A DNA stretch of 64,000 bases from an uncultured Formosa sp. (GCA_913052445.1 CAJXDP010000001.1:187791-251790); one strand, 5' to 3'; shown: positions 1 to 10,627, numbered from the stretch's first letter. A program made the numbers and translations. Notes: generated from the sequence alone by a model not told the origin.

Positions 1-78
1 CCAGAAGCGTAAAGCTAATGTTGAAAAATTAAAAAAGGTAATTTTACTTTTCCTTTTTTAATGAATATGATTTCACTG

Positions 79-1209
79 CTAATTTATCACTTCTATCATT
101 TCTACAATAAAAATTAAATCAGTGTTAGGTTTTATTTTGCCACGACCTTCTTCTCCATAGGCAATATGTGACGGAAGATAGAAAAAAGACTTGTCTCCTA
201 AAGACATACTAAATACCCCTTCTTTAAAACCAGGAATCATTTGTGCTTCAGCGTCAATTGGCATCGATATAGGAGTGTATGCACCCTGAGTATCTTTACG
301 ATGGTCATAGCTTCCATATTTTTGGTCTACAGCTTTCACATTAGTACCAAATAACTTACCGTTTTTAAAGTAACCTTCATAATTTAGCTTTACCGTAGAG
401 CCTTGGCGGGGCTTGGGACCATTAATAGATGAAATTGTATGAATTAAAAGGCCAGATCTTTGACTAGAAGCTATGTTTTTATAATCCTCTAAGGCAACTT
501 TCATTTCTTCAACTATTTTTTTAGCATCTTCAATTTCCTTCATTTTTATTTCGCTTAATAATTGCAATTGTTTATTCCACGTGTCTACTTCATCAAATTG
601 CTTCGCTTCTTTTCCTTGACGGATTATATTAAGATCTAAAATAATTACATCTTTAATAGGCTTGTTTGATCCAGGGACTACATCTACATTAGATATAGTA
701 TCTACTACACTAAGCCATTTAACAACTTCTCCAAAAATGGTGTGTTTATTATCTAGATGAAGTGTAGGAGCGTCTGTAATAAAAAACTGGCTTCCGTTGG
801 TATCTGGTCCAGAGTTGGCCATGGAAAGAATTCCAGCCTTATCGTGAGTAAGACTACTATTAAATTCATCAACGAATTTATATCCAGGGTTTCCAGATCC
901 TGTAGCTGTTGGGTCACCTCCTTGAATCATGAAGTTATTAATAACTCTGTGAAATACAGTGCCATCATAGTACGGTTTTCTTTTTAAAGAGTCTACTAAC
1001 ATTGGGTGTGATCCCTCAGAAAGCCCAATAAAATTGGAAACAGTCAATGGAGTTTTGTTGTAAAATAATTGTAATACTACTGTATCTTTAGTTGTTATAA
1101 TTTCTGCAAATATCCCTTCACCCAGTTCAGGGTATTTTTCCTTACAAGCTGTAGCGCTTATAAGAAGCATTAAAGCCATTGTTTTGATAAATTGATTTAT
1201 GATTTTCAT
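79..1209 (-). CDS. Dual-domain peptidyl-prolyl isomerase lipoprotein (N-terminal cyclophilin, C-terminal FKBP)
   Basis: Lipobox (ATAC); cyclophilin motifs FHRVINNFMIQGGDP and SMANSGPDTNGSQFFIT; FKBP motifs MIPGFKEG, HIAYG, IKPNTDLIFIVE; adjacent to gldI. Confidence 0.93.
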   Translation of the reverse strand: MKIINQFIKTMALMLLISATACKEKYPELGEGIFAEIITTKDTVVLQLFYNKTPLTVSNFIGLSEGSHPMLVDSLKRKPYYDGTVFHRVINNFMIQGGDPTATGSGNPGYKFVDEFNSSLTHDKAGILSMANSGPDTNGSQFFITDAPTLHLDNKHTIFGEVVKWLSVVDTISNVDVVPGSNKPIKDVIILDLNIIRQGKEAKQFDEVDTWNKQLQLLSEIKMKEIEDAKKIVEEMKVALEDYKNIASSQRSGLLIHTISSINGPKPRQGSTVKLNYEGYFKNGKLFGTNVKAVDQKYGSYDHRKDTQGAYTPISMPIDAEAQMIPGFKEGVFSMSLGDKSFFYLPSHIAYGEEGRGKIKPNTDLIFIVEMIEVIN

Positions 1210-1228
1210 TTAAGATATAATTATGGGG

Positions 1229-1762
1229 TTAATTTATACGGTGCTTTAGTAATAATACTTCACAAATAAGCGGCATATTTTGGCTAATTCTCTTGTTGTC
1301 TCCATAGTAGCCATATGCTTTCTGAGAAGGGAATATAAATGTAATAACTTCTCCTTCTTTCATTAGTTTCAAGCCTTCTCTAAGTCCTGAGAATAACTCT
1401 TGTTGATCAATGTAATAGTTTTGTATGGATAAGTCTTCTTTTGAATAAATCAGCTCATTATTCAAGCTTTTGATGTTGTATTTGAAAGATACAAAATCTC
1501 CAAATTGAGGGGTTATAGAGGCTGTTTCTATTTTATTGTTATAGTAATACCAGAAACCATAATTAGAACTTAAAACAGTTTTGTCAAAAGTTTGTATTAA
1601 ATTTTTTATCTCATTGTATTCAATTTCATTGAGCTGTTTGTTGCGATGTATAGAGGCGTCAATAAATGTTCCCGAATTGTTAGAAATTGGTTGACGTGAT
1701 TCCGATTGCATACAATTAGAAAATAGAATTACTATTAGTAAATATGACAAGAACTTTTTCAT
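1229..1762 (-). CDS. gldI: Gliding motility-associated FKBP-type PPIase lipoprotein GldI
   Basis: Lipobox LFSNC then R-x-P; GFWYYY; FKBP-like GLREGLKLMKEGE...FPSQKAYGYYGD; lies between DHH phosphoesterase and PPIase as in Flavobacteria. Confidence 0.85.
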   Translation of the reverse strand: MKKFLSYLLIVILFSNCMQSESRQPISNNSGTFIDASIHRNKQLNEIEYNEIKNLIQTFDKTVLSSNYGFWYYYNNKIETASITPQFGDFVSFKYNIKSLNNELIYSKEDLSIQNYYIDQQELFSGLREGLKLMKEGEVITFIFPSQKAYGYYGDNKRISQNMPLICEVLLLKHRIN

Positions 1763-2775
1763 GAATTAAGTTCTAATTCATAATTCGTTAATATATTAGT
1801 AAATTTCGTAACGGTATCTTCCAAATTGAGTTCACTACGCCCGCCAGAAGCATTTTTGTGACCACCTCCGTTAAAATGATTACGAGCAAATTTATTTACA
1901 TCAAAATCGTCTTTGGATCGAAAGGAAATCTTTATAATGCTTTCTTGCTTATTTTCAATAAATATAGCAGCAAGTTTAACACCTTTTAAGGACAAACCAT
2001 AGTTAACTAAACCCTCTGTATCTCCTTTTTTAAAACCGTGAAGATCAAGCTCCTTATTTGTTAAGCATATAAAAGCAGTGCTGTGGTTTTCTAAGAATCG
2101 TAAATTGTTCATGGCGCACCCTAGTAATTGCAAGCGGCCAAAGCTATTAGTATCATAAACAGCGTTATGTATTTTAGATTTATCAACGCCTATGTCAATT
2201 AAATAAGCAATGACTTTATGAGTTGTACTTGTTGTTAGTGGAAAACGAAATGAGGCGGTATCAGTCATTATACCTGTATATAAAGCTTCTCCAATTTCTA
2301 TATCAATTTGATCTATACCTTCCATCTTTTCGATAAAATGATAAATCATTTGACATGTAGAACTCATGGTTACATCAGAATATACATAATCAGCATAGGA
2401 ATCTGGTTGTTGATGATGATCAATCATTATTTTAATAGCTTTTGAGTTGGCAATAGGATTACCCATTTGCCCACAGCGATGAAGTGCGTTAAAATCTAAA
2501 GTAAATATTAAATCTGCGGAAGAAATTAAATCCTCCGAAAATACATTATCCATATCGTGAATTAAAACCTTTTCATTTCCAGGTATCCATTTGAGAAATT
2601 CGGGATAGTCATTTGGAGCTATAACATTTGCTGTATGTCCAGTCTTTTTAAGAAAATGATATAATCCAAGCGAAGATCCTATAGCATCTCCATCTGGGTT
2701 TTTATGCGGGACAATTACTATTTTCTTAGGAGTAGATAGTAATTTTTTTAAGTCTAAAATGGTTGCTGTATTCAT
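1759..2775 (-). CDS. nrnA: DHH/DHHA1 phosphoesterase (nanoRNase / pAp phosphatase NrnA-like)
   Basis: HKNPDGDAIGS, IDHH, TDT and GGGHKNASG motifs; start moved to ATG at 2775 because a -7 promoter box overlaps the ORF-track start. Confidence 0.9.
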   Translation of the reverse strand: MNTATILDLKKLLSTPKKIVIVPHKNPDGDAIGSSLGLYHFLKKTGHTANVIAPNDYPEFLKWIPGNEKVLIHDMDNVFSEDLISSADLIFTLDFNALHRCGQMGNPIANSKAIKIMIDHHQQPDSYADYVYSDVTMSSTCQMIYHFIEKMEGIDQIDIEIGEALYTGIMTDTASFRFPLTTSTTHKVIAYLIDIGVDKSKIHNAVYDTNSFGRLQLLGCAMNNLRFLENHSTAFICLTNKELDLHGFKKGDTEGLVNYGLSLKGVKLAAIFIENKQESIIKISFRSKDDFDVNKFARNHFNGGGHKNASGGRSELNLEDTVTKFTNILTNYELELNS

Positions 2776-2867
2776 AGCTATCAAAGATACAATTTTTTAA
2801 AATAGTTGTAAAGTTGATTATCAATAGAAAAACCTTATTTTTGCAAAAATTTATTTATTTAGACATT

Positions 2868-3287
2868 ATGGTAACAAACAAAACTTTTACAATGCTCAAG
2901 CCTGATTCTGTTGAAAATGGCAATATTGGTGCTATATTAGAAAAAATTACTGCTTCAGGTTTTAGAATTGTAGCAATGAAATTAACTCAACTTACAAACA
3001 CGGATGCAGAAGCCTTTTATGCAGTTCACAAAGAACGTCCATTTTTTGGAGAGTTGGTTAAATATATGACACGTGGACCTATTGTGGCGGCTATTCTGGA
3101 GAAAGAAAATGCAGTTCAAGATTTTAGAACATTAATAGGTGCTACAAATCCTGCAGAAGCTGCCAAAGGTACCATTAGAAATATGTTTGCAGAATCGATT
3201 AGTCAAAATGCAGTTCACGGAAGTGATAGTAATGAAAATGCAGTAGTTGAAAGTATGTTTCATTTTTCTCAAAGAGAGATTTTTTAA
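2868..3287 (+). CDS. ndk: Nucleoside diphosphate kinase
   Basis: [13 protein letters not shown] and NAVHGSDS (catalytic His); ATG at 2868 follows TATTTTTG at 2836-2843. Confidence 0.97.
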   Translation: MVTNKTFTMLKPDSVENGNIGAILEKITASGFRIVAMKLTQLTNTDAEAFYAVHKERPFFGELVKYMTRGPIVAAILEKENAVQDFRTLIGATNPAEAAKGTIRNMFAESISQNAVHGSDSNENAVVESMFHFSQREIF

Positions 3288-3302
3288 AACAACTTTGATA
3301 AA

Positions 3303-3340
3303 ATAAAAAAAGCTACAATTTAAATTGTAGCTTTTTTTAT
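3303..3340. terminator. Bidirectional intrinsic terminator between convergent ndk and DUF721 genes
   Basis: Perfect 38-bp palindrome ATAAAAAAAGCTACAATTT|AAATTGTAGCTTTTTTTAT with a T-tract on each strand. Confidence 0.85.
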
Positions 3341-3347
3341 AGATATA

Positions 3348-3644
3348 TTATCTTAAAATAAGTTTAGCAATAAGCTCTTTTTTAAGTCCTTCGTTTAATA
3401 TTTTTATAATTTTATCCTTCCCATAACTTAGTTCCTCACGAAGAACTGAAGAGCTTAGCTCTACGTATAATGTGTCTTTATGAAGTTTTACGCTATTGGT
3501 GTAGTTATTTACGCCATTACCCATTAAATCTCTCCAGGCAGCTTCAACGTTTACTTGATCTAATCCTTTTTCAAGTTTGTTTTCTTTTACAAATGATTTC
3601 AGTAAATCATCAATCTTCTGTTGGTCTTTTTGTCGCTTACTCAT
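3348..3644 (-). CDS. DUF721 / DciA-like small protein
   Basis: AWxxLMGxGVxxYT...LYVELSSSVLREELSYGK pattern; downstream of recF. Confidence 0.8.
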   Translation of the reverse strand: MSKRQKDQQKIDDLLKSFVKENKLEKGLDQVNVEAAWRDLMGNGVNNYTNSVKLHKDTLYVELSSSVLREELSYGKDKIIKILNEGLKKELIAKLILR

Positions 3645-4060
3645 TCATTAAAAATTAGAGGTTCGTAAGGTTTGTAATTATAAGTAAAACCATCACTATT
3701 GGAGATTATTAAACTAGTGTTATTGGCTTGCGTAATTTCTTCTTTATATATAACACCGTTGTTGCTATAATTAACCCATAGTTGGTGATCTTCAATGCTA
3801 AGCTTAAAGTTAGATTGGTCTTGAGATATTTCAAAAGCACCATCAAAACGTGGCGTCACTTTTTTTCGATATCCACTTAAATCATCATTAATCTTAAAAT
3901 AATCAATACTTCCATTTATTTTAAAATCTTTTACTTTATTTTGATACTTTGTGGCGCTTACAATTTCCCAGTAACCTTCAATAAATGGTATGTAGTTTGT
4001 TACATCTTTTTGGCAGTTGTACAGTAATAATAATAAAAATAATGTAGTTAGTTTTTTCAC
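3641..4060 (-). CDS. Lipocalin-like-domain lipoprotein, function unknown
   Basis: Lipobox LLYNC followed by the lipocalin-type G-x-W motif (IEGYWEI); 4-bp overlaps with both neighbours. Confidence 0.6.
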   Translation of the reverse strand: MKKLTTLFLLLLLYNCQKDVTNYIPFIEGYWEIVSATKYQNKVKDFKINGSIDYFKINDDLSGYRKKVTPRFDGAFEISQDQSNFKLSIEDHQLWVNYSNNGVIYKEEITQANNTSLIISNSDGFTYNYKPYEPLIFNE

Positions 4061-5136
4061 AATTCAAATATTTGATAAGATTGATGAACACTTTTTATTG
4101 CATTTTTAGTACGATCGGCGTGAGTGTCAGAAATAAATAGCTGTCCAAAATTCTCATCATCAACTAATTTAATTATTTGAGAAACACGATGTTCGTCTAG
4201 TTTGTCAAAAATATCATCTAGGAGTAAAATAGGAGTTACTCCACTCTGTCGCTTAATGAAATCAAATTGAGCAAGTTTGAGAGCTATTAAAAATGATTTT
4301 TGTTGACCTTGGCTAGCAAATTTTTTAACTGGAAATCCTTTAATTGAAAAATCTAAATCATCTTTGTGAGTTCCTACGCTAGTGTATTGAAGCATTCGGT
4401 CCTTATTTATATTGGACTTAAATAATTCTAATAGCGGACTTTCATTTAGTTGACTATTGTATGATAGATCTACATTTTCATTGTCGTTACTGATTGATTT
4501 GTATCGACTTTTAAATATGGGTATAAACGTCTCTAAAAACAATTTTCTTTTGTAGTGAATATTGTTTCCATATTCATTAAGTTGTTGATTATAAACATCT
4601 AACGTATCTTTATTAAAGTTATTATTTAATGAAAAGTATTTTAAAAGAGCATTTCTTTGTGACAGTATTTTCGAATAATTTAATAAGCATTCTAAATAGT
4701 TTTTATCGCTTTGAGAAATAACGCCATCGATGAATTTTCTACGAGTATCACTTCCTTCAATAATTAAATCTCGATCTGAAGGAGATATGATGACAAGAGG
4801 TATAAAACCAATATGTTCGCTAAATCGTTCATATGATTTTCCATTGCGCTTTATGATTTTTTTTTGTCCTCTTTTTAAAGAAACAATTATTTTTTCATCA
4901 CGGTCATTTTTCTTGTAAACACCATCCACTACAAAAAAGTCTTCATCATGCTTAATATTCTGGGATGCTATTGGGTTAAAATAACTTTTACCAAAAGACA
5001 AATGGTAAATAGCATCTAAAACATTTGTTTTTCCAACTCCATTCTGACCAACGAAACAATTAATTTTTGCATCAAATTTTACCGAATAGGCGTCGAAGTT
5101 TTTGTAGTTTAATAAACTTAATGATTTTAAAATCAT
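4057..5136 (-). CDS. recF: DNA replication and repair protein RecF
   Basis: Walker [23 protein letters not shown] signature, [11 protein letters not shown]. Confidence 0.97.
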   Translation of the reverse strand: MILKSLSLLNYKNFDAYSVKFDAKINCFVGQNGVGKTNVLDAIYHLSFGKSYFNPIASQNIKHDEDFFVVDGVYKKNDRDEKIIVSLKRGQKKIIKRNGKSYERFSEHIGFIPLVIISPSDRDLIIEGSDTRRKFIDGVISQSDKNYLECLLNYSKILSQRNALLKYFSLNNNFNKDTLDVYNQQLNEYGNNIHYKRKLFLETFIPIFKSRYKSISNDNENVDLSYNSQLNESPLLELFKSNINKDRMLQYTSVGTHKDDLDFSIKGFPVKKFASQGQQKSFLIALKLAQFDFIKRQSGVTPILLLDDIFDKLDEHRVSQIIKLVDDENFGQLFISDTHADRTKNAIKSVHQSYQIFEL

Positions 5137-5276
5137 GTAAAATTATTCTAAATTTTAAATTTATCTTCTTAAGAGTATAATATAAAGTTGTTGCAAATTA
5201 TTGAAAAATAACAAATAATTTGCCATTTTTTTACGAATAAAAATTATATTTTTGATCTTCATTATAAAATACGACT

Positions 5277-6044
5277 ATGGCGACATATAAGAAACGTGGC
5301 GGTAAACCAACCACGAAGGCAGAAAAAGCCTTATCTATTGAAGACGAATCAACAACCGCTTCCATTGTAAGCTCTCTTGATGGAGGTGCATCCAAAACTG
5401 AAGAATGGGTTATTAAAAACCAAAAATATATATTTATAATTGTGATTTTAGTCACTGTGTCAGTATTAGGGTTTCTAGGGTTTAACAAATATATTCAAGA
5501 ACCTAAAGAAAGTCAAGCTACAAACGATATGTTCCAATCTCAACAATATTTTGATCAAGCTGTTAATGGTGCTTCAAAAGATTCACTCTTTACATTGGCC
5601 TTGAACGGAGCTGATGGAAAGTATGGGTTTTTAGATATTGCTGATATATATAGCGGATCTAAAGCAGGAAATTTAGCAAATTATTACGCAGGAATGGCCT
5701 ACCTCAATATGAAAGATTATTCTAATGCAGTTACTTATCTAAACTCTTTTTCATCAAATGACGATGTGCTTGGTCCAATTGCAAAAGGAGGTATTGGAGA
5801 TGCTTTTGTTCAGTTGGAGCAATTAGATGATGCCTATGATTATTATGTTCAGGCTGCCCAATTAAAATCAAATAACTACACAACGCCTATGTATCTTTAC
5901 AAGGCCGGCGTTATTGGACTTAAGTTAGAAAAATATAGCAGTGCCTTAGCGTTTTTCAATCAAATAAAATCAGACTTCTCAGACAGTATTGAAGCTAGAG
6001 ATATTGATGTTTTTATCGGAAAAGCTGAAGCATCCATAAATTAA
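5277..6044 (+). CDS. Single-pass membrane TPR protein (YfgM-like)
   Basis: MATYKKRG N-terminus, one TM helix, TPR-like helices (NLANYYAG, GGIGDAF, MYLYKAG); upstream of ribH. Confidence 0.75.
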   Translation: MATYKKRGGKPTTKAEKALSIEDESTTASIVSSLDGGASKTEEWVIKNQKYIFIIVILVTVSVLGFLGFNKYIQEPKESQATNDMFQSQQYFDQAVNGASKDSLFTLALNGADGKYGFLDIADIYSGSKAGNLANYYAGMAYLNMKDYSNAVTYLNSFSSNDDVLGPIAKGGIGDAFVQLEQLDDAYDYYVQAAQLKSNNYTTPMYLYKAGVIGLKLEKYSSALAFFNQIKSDFSDSIEARDIDVFIGKAEASIN

Positions 6045-6046
6045 TT

Positions 6047-6532
6047 ATGGCAACAGAAAATACTAATTTATCAAATTACGATTCATCTACACTCCCAAGC
6101 TCGGAAAAATTTCGGTTTGGGGTTGTTGTTTCTGAATGGAACTCTGAAATTACTGAAGGGCTGCTCAATGCTGCTTTAGATACTTTGATGGATTGTGGAG
6201 TAAAGCGTACAAATATTAAAATAATTTATGTGCCAGGAAGCTTTGAGCTTATTTATGGTGCGAAGAAAATGCAACAACAACTCGTTGATGTTGTGATTAC
6301 AATTGGAAGTATTATCAAAGGAAAAACTCAGCATTTTGATTTTGTTTGTGCTGGAGTTACTCAAGGTATTAAAGATTTAAATGTTCTTAACGATGTGCCG
6401 GTTATCTTTTGTGTCTTAACAGACAATAACTTACAGCAATCTATTGAACGATCTGGTGGTAAACATGGAAATAAAGGGGTAGAAGCGGCTATTACAGCCA
6501 TTAAAATGGCACATCTAAACTCTACTATGTAA
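6047..6532 (+). CDS. ribH: 6,7-dimethyl-8-ribityllumazine synthase
   Basis: VVSEWN, VPGSFEL, HFDFVC and GNKGVEAA motifs. Confidence 0.96.
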   Translation: MATENTNLSNYDSSTLPSSEKFRFGVVVSEWNSEITEGLLNAALDTLMDCGVKRTNIKIIYVPGSFELIYGAKKMQQQLVDVVITIGSIIKGKTQHFDFVCAGVTQGIKDLNVLNDVPVIFCVLTDNNLQQSIERSGGKHGNKGVEAAITAIKMAHLNSTM

Positions 6533-6816
6533 CTTTTGTCAACGCTGTTGATAATTTTCGGTATTTACTCTTTCTATAGTTCAATGATTTGATTATTTTT
6601 GATGGTAATTAAAATTATTCAAGTGTTTTACTGCAAACAACCTAGTATATTTAATTTAATTCGTTTTTTGGAATTTCCTAATAACGAAAATGATAAAGTA
6701 AATAAGCGTACTTAAATTCTAAATTTTAGATACAAAGTTATTTTTTCATTAATTTATTGATGTTACTAGCACTATTTTGTTCACTTATATTTTATTTTTT
6801 TTGATGCTTTATTTTA

Positions 6817-7095
6817 ATGATAATGAGTATTTTTAAAACTAGAAAAAACAACAAATATAATTATACTCCTCGCTTTTATAAAGGTGGGCGTAACCCTTAT
6901 GAACTAAAGCATAAGTTTGATGACGCACGCGTAACCATAGAAAAAACGAATCTAAAAGGCAAAGTCATTAACGCTATTAGTGACTATAAAACTAATCCCA
7001 ATCGCTTGGCCAACAAAAGAGTTTGTGTGATAATTTTAATTTTAATATTTATTTTCCTTTTGATCATAGATTTTGACCTAAGCATATTCTCATAA
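6817..7095 (+). CDS. Small basic hypothetical membrane protein
   Basis: YTPRFY motif and a C-terminal TM helix; 3 bp upstream of mutL; start may be ATG 6823. Confidence 0.65.
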   Translation: MIMSIFKTRKNNKYNYTPRFYKGGRNPYELKHKFDDARVTIEKTNLKGKVINAISDYKTNPNRLANKRVCVIILILIFIFLLIIDFDLSIFS

Positions 7096-7098
7096 TAA

Positions 7099-8931
7099 AT
7101 GGCTGATATAATACAATTATTACCCGATCACGTAGCTAATCAAATTGCCGCAGGTGAGGTTGTTCAACGTCCGGCTTCTGTTGTTAAGGAGCTACTTGAG
7201 AATGCTATTGATTCAGATGCAACCACAATAAAGTTGTTAGTGAAAAGTGCAGGAAAGGTCCTAATACAAGTTATTGATGATGGGAAAGGAATGAGTGTTA
7301 ACGATGCTAGACTAAGTTTTGAACGCCATGCGACTTCAAAAATTAAAGTTGCAGATGATTTGTTTAATCTTAACACTAAGGGTTTTAGAGGTGAGGCTTT
7401 GGCTAGTATAGCAGCTATCGCTCATGTAGAAATGAAAACTAAACAAGCATCGGATGAATTAGGAACTTTATTATTGATTGAAGGGAGTGTTATTAAATCC
7501 CAAAATATAATAGCCTGTATAAAAGGATCTTCTGTAGCTGTTAAGAATTTGTTTTTCAATATCCCGGCACGTCGAAATTTCTTAAAATCTGATAATGTAG
7601 AATTACGCCATATAATTGACGAATTTCAACGTGTTGTTCTAGCTCACCCTTCTATTAACTTTTCAATGTATCACAACGAAAGTGAATTATTTAAGCTCTT
7701 AAATGGAAGTTTTAGACAACGTGTAGTAAATACTTTTGGGAGAAAAACTAATGAAAAATTAGTTCCTGTAGATGAGACTACCGAAGTATTAGTAATTTCT
7801 GGTTTTGTTGGAAAGCCAGAATTTTCAAAAAAATCAAGAGGTGAACAATTTTTTTTTGTTAATAATAGATATATAAAAAGTCCTTATCTAAATCATGCAA
7901 TTTCATCTGCTTATGAAGGCTTATTGCAACCTGGAAGGCATCCTAGTTATTTCTTAAACTTACATGTTGATCCAAAAAGTATTGATATAAATATTCATCC
8001 TACGAAAACTGAAATTAAGTTTGATGATGAGCAGACAATGTATGCCATTCTAAGAGCTGCTGTTAAGCATAGCCTTGGGCAGTTTAGCATAACTCCGGTT
8101 TTAGATTTTGAACGTGACAACAATTTAGATACGCCCTACGGATTTAATAGTGACCAATCATTAACTCCAAAAGTAGAAATAGACCACTCTTTTAATCCCT
8201 TTTCTAAAGCTAGCCAAAAGCCGTCTTCACACTCTAAACCTGTTTCACCAAGCTGGGAAGGTTTATATGTAGGGCTTGAATCAAAATCCAATATGAATAA
8301 TTTTTCACAAGTCTCATACGAATCTGATGAAATGACATCTTCAATCTTTGATGAAACAACAGAACGAAAGGTTCAAAAAACATTCCAATTACATAATAAA
8401 TACATAATAAATACGATCAAATCAGGAATGGTAGTTATCGATCAAAATCGTGCACATGAAAGGATCCTTTATGAAGACTATCTTCGCAAGACAACTTTAA
8501 ATGAGCCTGTGAGTCAGCAATTACTATTTCCATTACAACTTAATCTATCAATTTCTATAATATCTATGCTGAAGGAGCTTCAACAAGCTTTAGAAACAAC
8601 CGGTTTTGTATTTTCTAAATTTATAAATGAAATGATTGAATTAACAGGTTTGCCAGTTGGTGTTAAGGAATCAGATGTTCCAAATATTTTTGATCAATTA
8701 GTTAATGATATCGAAAATGAAGTACCTGATGTGAACTTTAGTATCAGTGATTTATTATCAAAATCACTTGCAAAAAGTTTAGCAATTAAGAATGGTGATA
8801 AATTGGAACGTGAAGAGCAGGAGTATATAGTAAACACACTTTTTTCCTGTAAGGAACCGACGATTTCACCTTCAAATAAAACAATATTTACCACGATAAA
8901 AGTGGACGAGTTAGATAATAAATTCAATTAA
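7099..8931 (+). CDS. mutL: DNA mismatch repair protein MutL
   Basis: ANQIAAGEVVQRPASVVKELLENAID, GFRGEALASI, INIHPTKTEIKF; clamp-binding QQLLFP. Confidence 0.97.
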   Translation: MADIIQLLPDHVANQIAAGEVVQRPASVVKELLENAIDSDATTIKLLVKSAGKVLIQVIDDGKGMSVNDARLSFERHATSKIKVADDLFNLNTKGFRGEALASIAAIAHVEMKTKQASDELGTLLLIEGSVIKSQNIIACIKGSSVAVKNLFFNIPARRNFLKSDNVELRHIIDEFQRVVLAHPSINFSMYHNESELFKLLNGSFRQRVVNTFGRKTNEKLVPVDETTEVLVISGFVGKPEFSKKSRGEQFFFVNNRYIKSPYLNHAISSAYEGLLQPGRHPSYFLNLHVDPKSIDINIHPTKTEIKFDDEQTMYAILRAAVKHSLGQFSITPVLDFERDNNLDTPYGFNSDQSLTPKVEIDHSFNPFSKASQKPSSHSKPVSPSWEGLYVGLESKSNMNNFSQVSYESDEMTSSIFDETTERKVQKTFQLHNKYIINTIKSGMVVIDQNRAHERILYEDYLRKTTLNEPVSQQLLFPLQLNLSISIISMLKELQQALETTGFVFSKFINEMIELTGLPVGVKESDVPNIFDQLVNDIENEVPDVNFSISDLLSKSLAKSLAIKNGDKLEREEQEYIVNTLFSCKEPTISPSNKTIFTTIKVDELDNKFN

Positions 8932-8933
8932 CA

Positions 8934-9755
8934 ATGAGGCAAATAACCCCTACAGTCAAACATCTCCTTATCATAAATTGTATCATTTTTGCAGGTACTT
9001 ACCTGCTTGGAAATAAAGATTTTTTTTATGGTTTATTTGCACTTTATTACCCATTTAGTGATTATTTTATACCATGGCAAGTCTTCACTCATATGTTTAT
9101 GCACGGAGGATTTCCGCACTTATTATTTAATATGTTTGCATTATTTATGTTCGGTACAGCAGTAGAAAGTGTTTTTGGACAACGTAAGTTTTTGATTTTT
9201 TATATTTCCTCTGGTCTAGGTGCTGTAGTATTGACTTTTACGGTTTACTATATTCAAGTTTATCCTATAATTAGCGATCTTCAGTCCATTGGGTTTTCTT
9301 TTGATTTTATTAAGGAAGTCGCTAGATTAGATATTTTAAGTGATCGTATGTTTAAAGGTGAGATTTTAGTCTCCAAACTAGAACCCGTTCTTTCAAGCTA
9401 CGGATACACCATTAGTCAAATGAACGGAGACTCTTTCCGAATGTTATTTGATTTAATAGTAATAAGTAATGGATCTATGGTAGGTGCTTCAGGTGCTATT
9501 ATGGGAGTTCTTGTGGCTTATGGCATGCTTAATCCAAATGCAGAATTAATGATGATATTTTTACCTATCCCTATTAAAGCAAAGTATTTTATTCCTGGAA
9601 TAATTGCCTTGGATTTAATATCTGCTTTTACTGGTGTATCTATTTTTAGCCCTAGTAATACTGCTTATATCGCACATATTGGTGGTGCGATCACAGGCTT
9701 CTTATTAATGTATTTTTGGAAAAAAAATCAATTTGATAAATTCCGCTGGAACTAA
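8934..9755 (+). CDS. Rhomboid intramembrane serine protease
   Basis: HMFMHGG...HLLFNM, GASG (catalytic Ser), AHIGG (catalytic His). Confidence 0.92.
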   Translation: MRQITPTVKHLLIINCIIFAGTYLLGNKDFFYGLFALYYPFSDYFIPWQVFTHMFMHGGFPHLLFNMFALFMFGTAVESVFGQRKFLIFYISSGLGAVVLTFTVYYIQVYPIISDLQSIGFSFDFIKEVARLDILSDRMFKGEILVSKLEPVLSSYGYTISQMNGDSFRMLFDLIVISNGSMVGASGAIMGVLVAYGMLNPNAELMMIFLPIPIKAKYFIPGIIALDLISAFTGVSIFSPSNTAYIAHIGGAITGFLLMYFWKKNQFDKFRWN

Positions 9756-10621
9756 TGAAAAGCCTAAATCAAGAAATCAGAGATAAATTAGTAAGACTTA
9801 ATGTATTTGAAAAAATCATTGTAGTGAACTTTGTTGTTTATGTTTTCACTTCAATAATACTAAGGTTTTCTGGCTTTGGATCTGGCTTGGAATGGTTATC
9901 ACTTTCAAAGTCTGCTTATCAAGTTATTTCAATGCCGTGGACGCTTATTTCTTATGGATTTACACATTATAGCTTTAGTCATTTATTTTTTAATATGCTC
10001 GTCTTGTATTTCTTTGGTAGATCATTTTCAAATTTATTTAAAGCAGATTTGTGCCTTAAAATTTATTTATTAGGAATCCTTTCTGGAGGTTTTGCATTTG
10101 TGATGGTTTATAACATATTTCCATCAGGGATTTTAAATACAGTAGGACCTCTAGTGGGCGCTTCTGCTGGCGTTCGTTCACTTATTATTTTCTTATGTGT
10201 TTACTATCCAAATAAAGAGGTTCGTTTTTTTACTTTTCAGTTTCCATTAAAATATATAGGAATAGCTTTGATTGTTTTTGATTTTCCAGCATTATTTTCT
10301 CAGAACTCAGGTGGCATTGTTGCACATTTTGGAGGATATATTCTAGGGTATTTTTACGCTAAACAATTTCAAAAAGGAAATGATATGGGTGAATTTATCG
10401 ATAAAGTTTCCACTTATTTTTCTAGATCAAAATCTAATTTAAAAACAGCTTACAAGAAAACAAATAAGAAAAACACCTCATTTGCTGGAAAGAAGAAGGA
10501 GGAATTTGATCGATTTACTCATCAAAAGCAAATAGATCTTATTCTTGATAAAATAAGTAAAAGTGGTTATGAAAGTTTAACCCAGGCAGAAAAAGATTTT
10601 TTGTTTAGAGCAGGAAAATAA
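9755..10621 (+). CDS. Rhomboid intramembrane serine protease with soluble C-terminal tail
   Basis: HLFFNM, GASAG, AHFGG; C-terminal IDLILDKISKSGYESLT; TAATG stop/start overlap with the first rhomboid. Confidence 0.9.
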   Translation: MKSLNQEIRDKLVRLNVFEKIIVVNFVVYVFTSIILRFSGFGSGLEWLSLSKSAYQVISMPWTLISYGFTHYSFSHLFFNMLVLYFFGRSFSNLFKADLCLKIYLLGILSGGFAFVMVYNIFPSGILNTVGPLVGASAGVRSLIIFLCVYYPNKEVRFFTFQFPLKYIGIALIVFDFPALFSQNSGGIVAHFGGYILGYFYAKQFQKGNDMGEFIDKVSTYFSRSKSNLKTAYKKTNKKNTSFAGKKKEEFDRFTHQKQIDLILDKISKSGYESLTQAEKDFLFRAGK

Positions 10622-10627
10622 AACTAT

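Noticed and set aside
2-61. Possible 3' end of a + strand gene (QKRKANVEKLKKVILLFLF*)
   Set aside because: Too short to identify or to tell from chance
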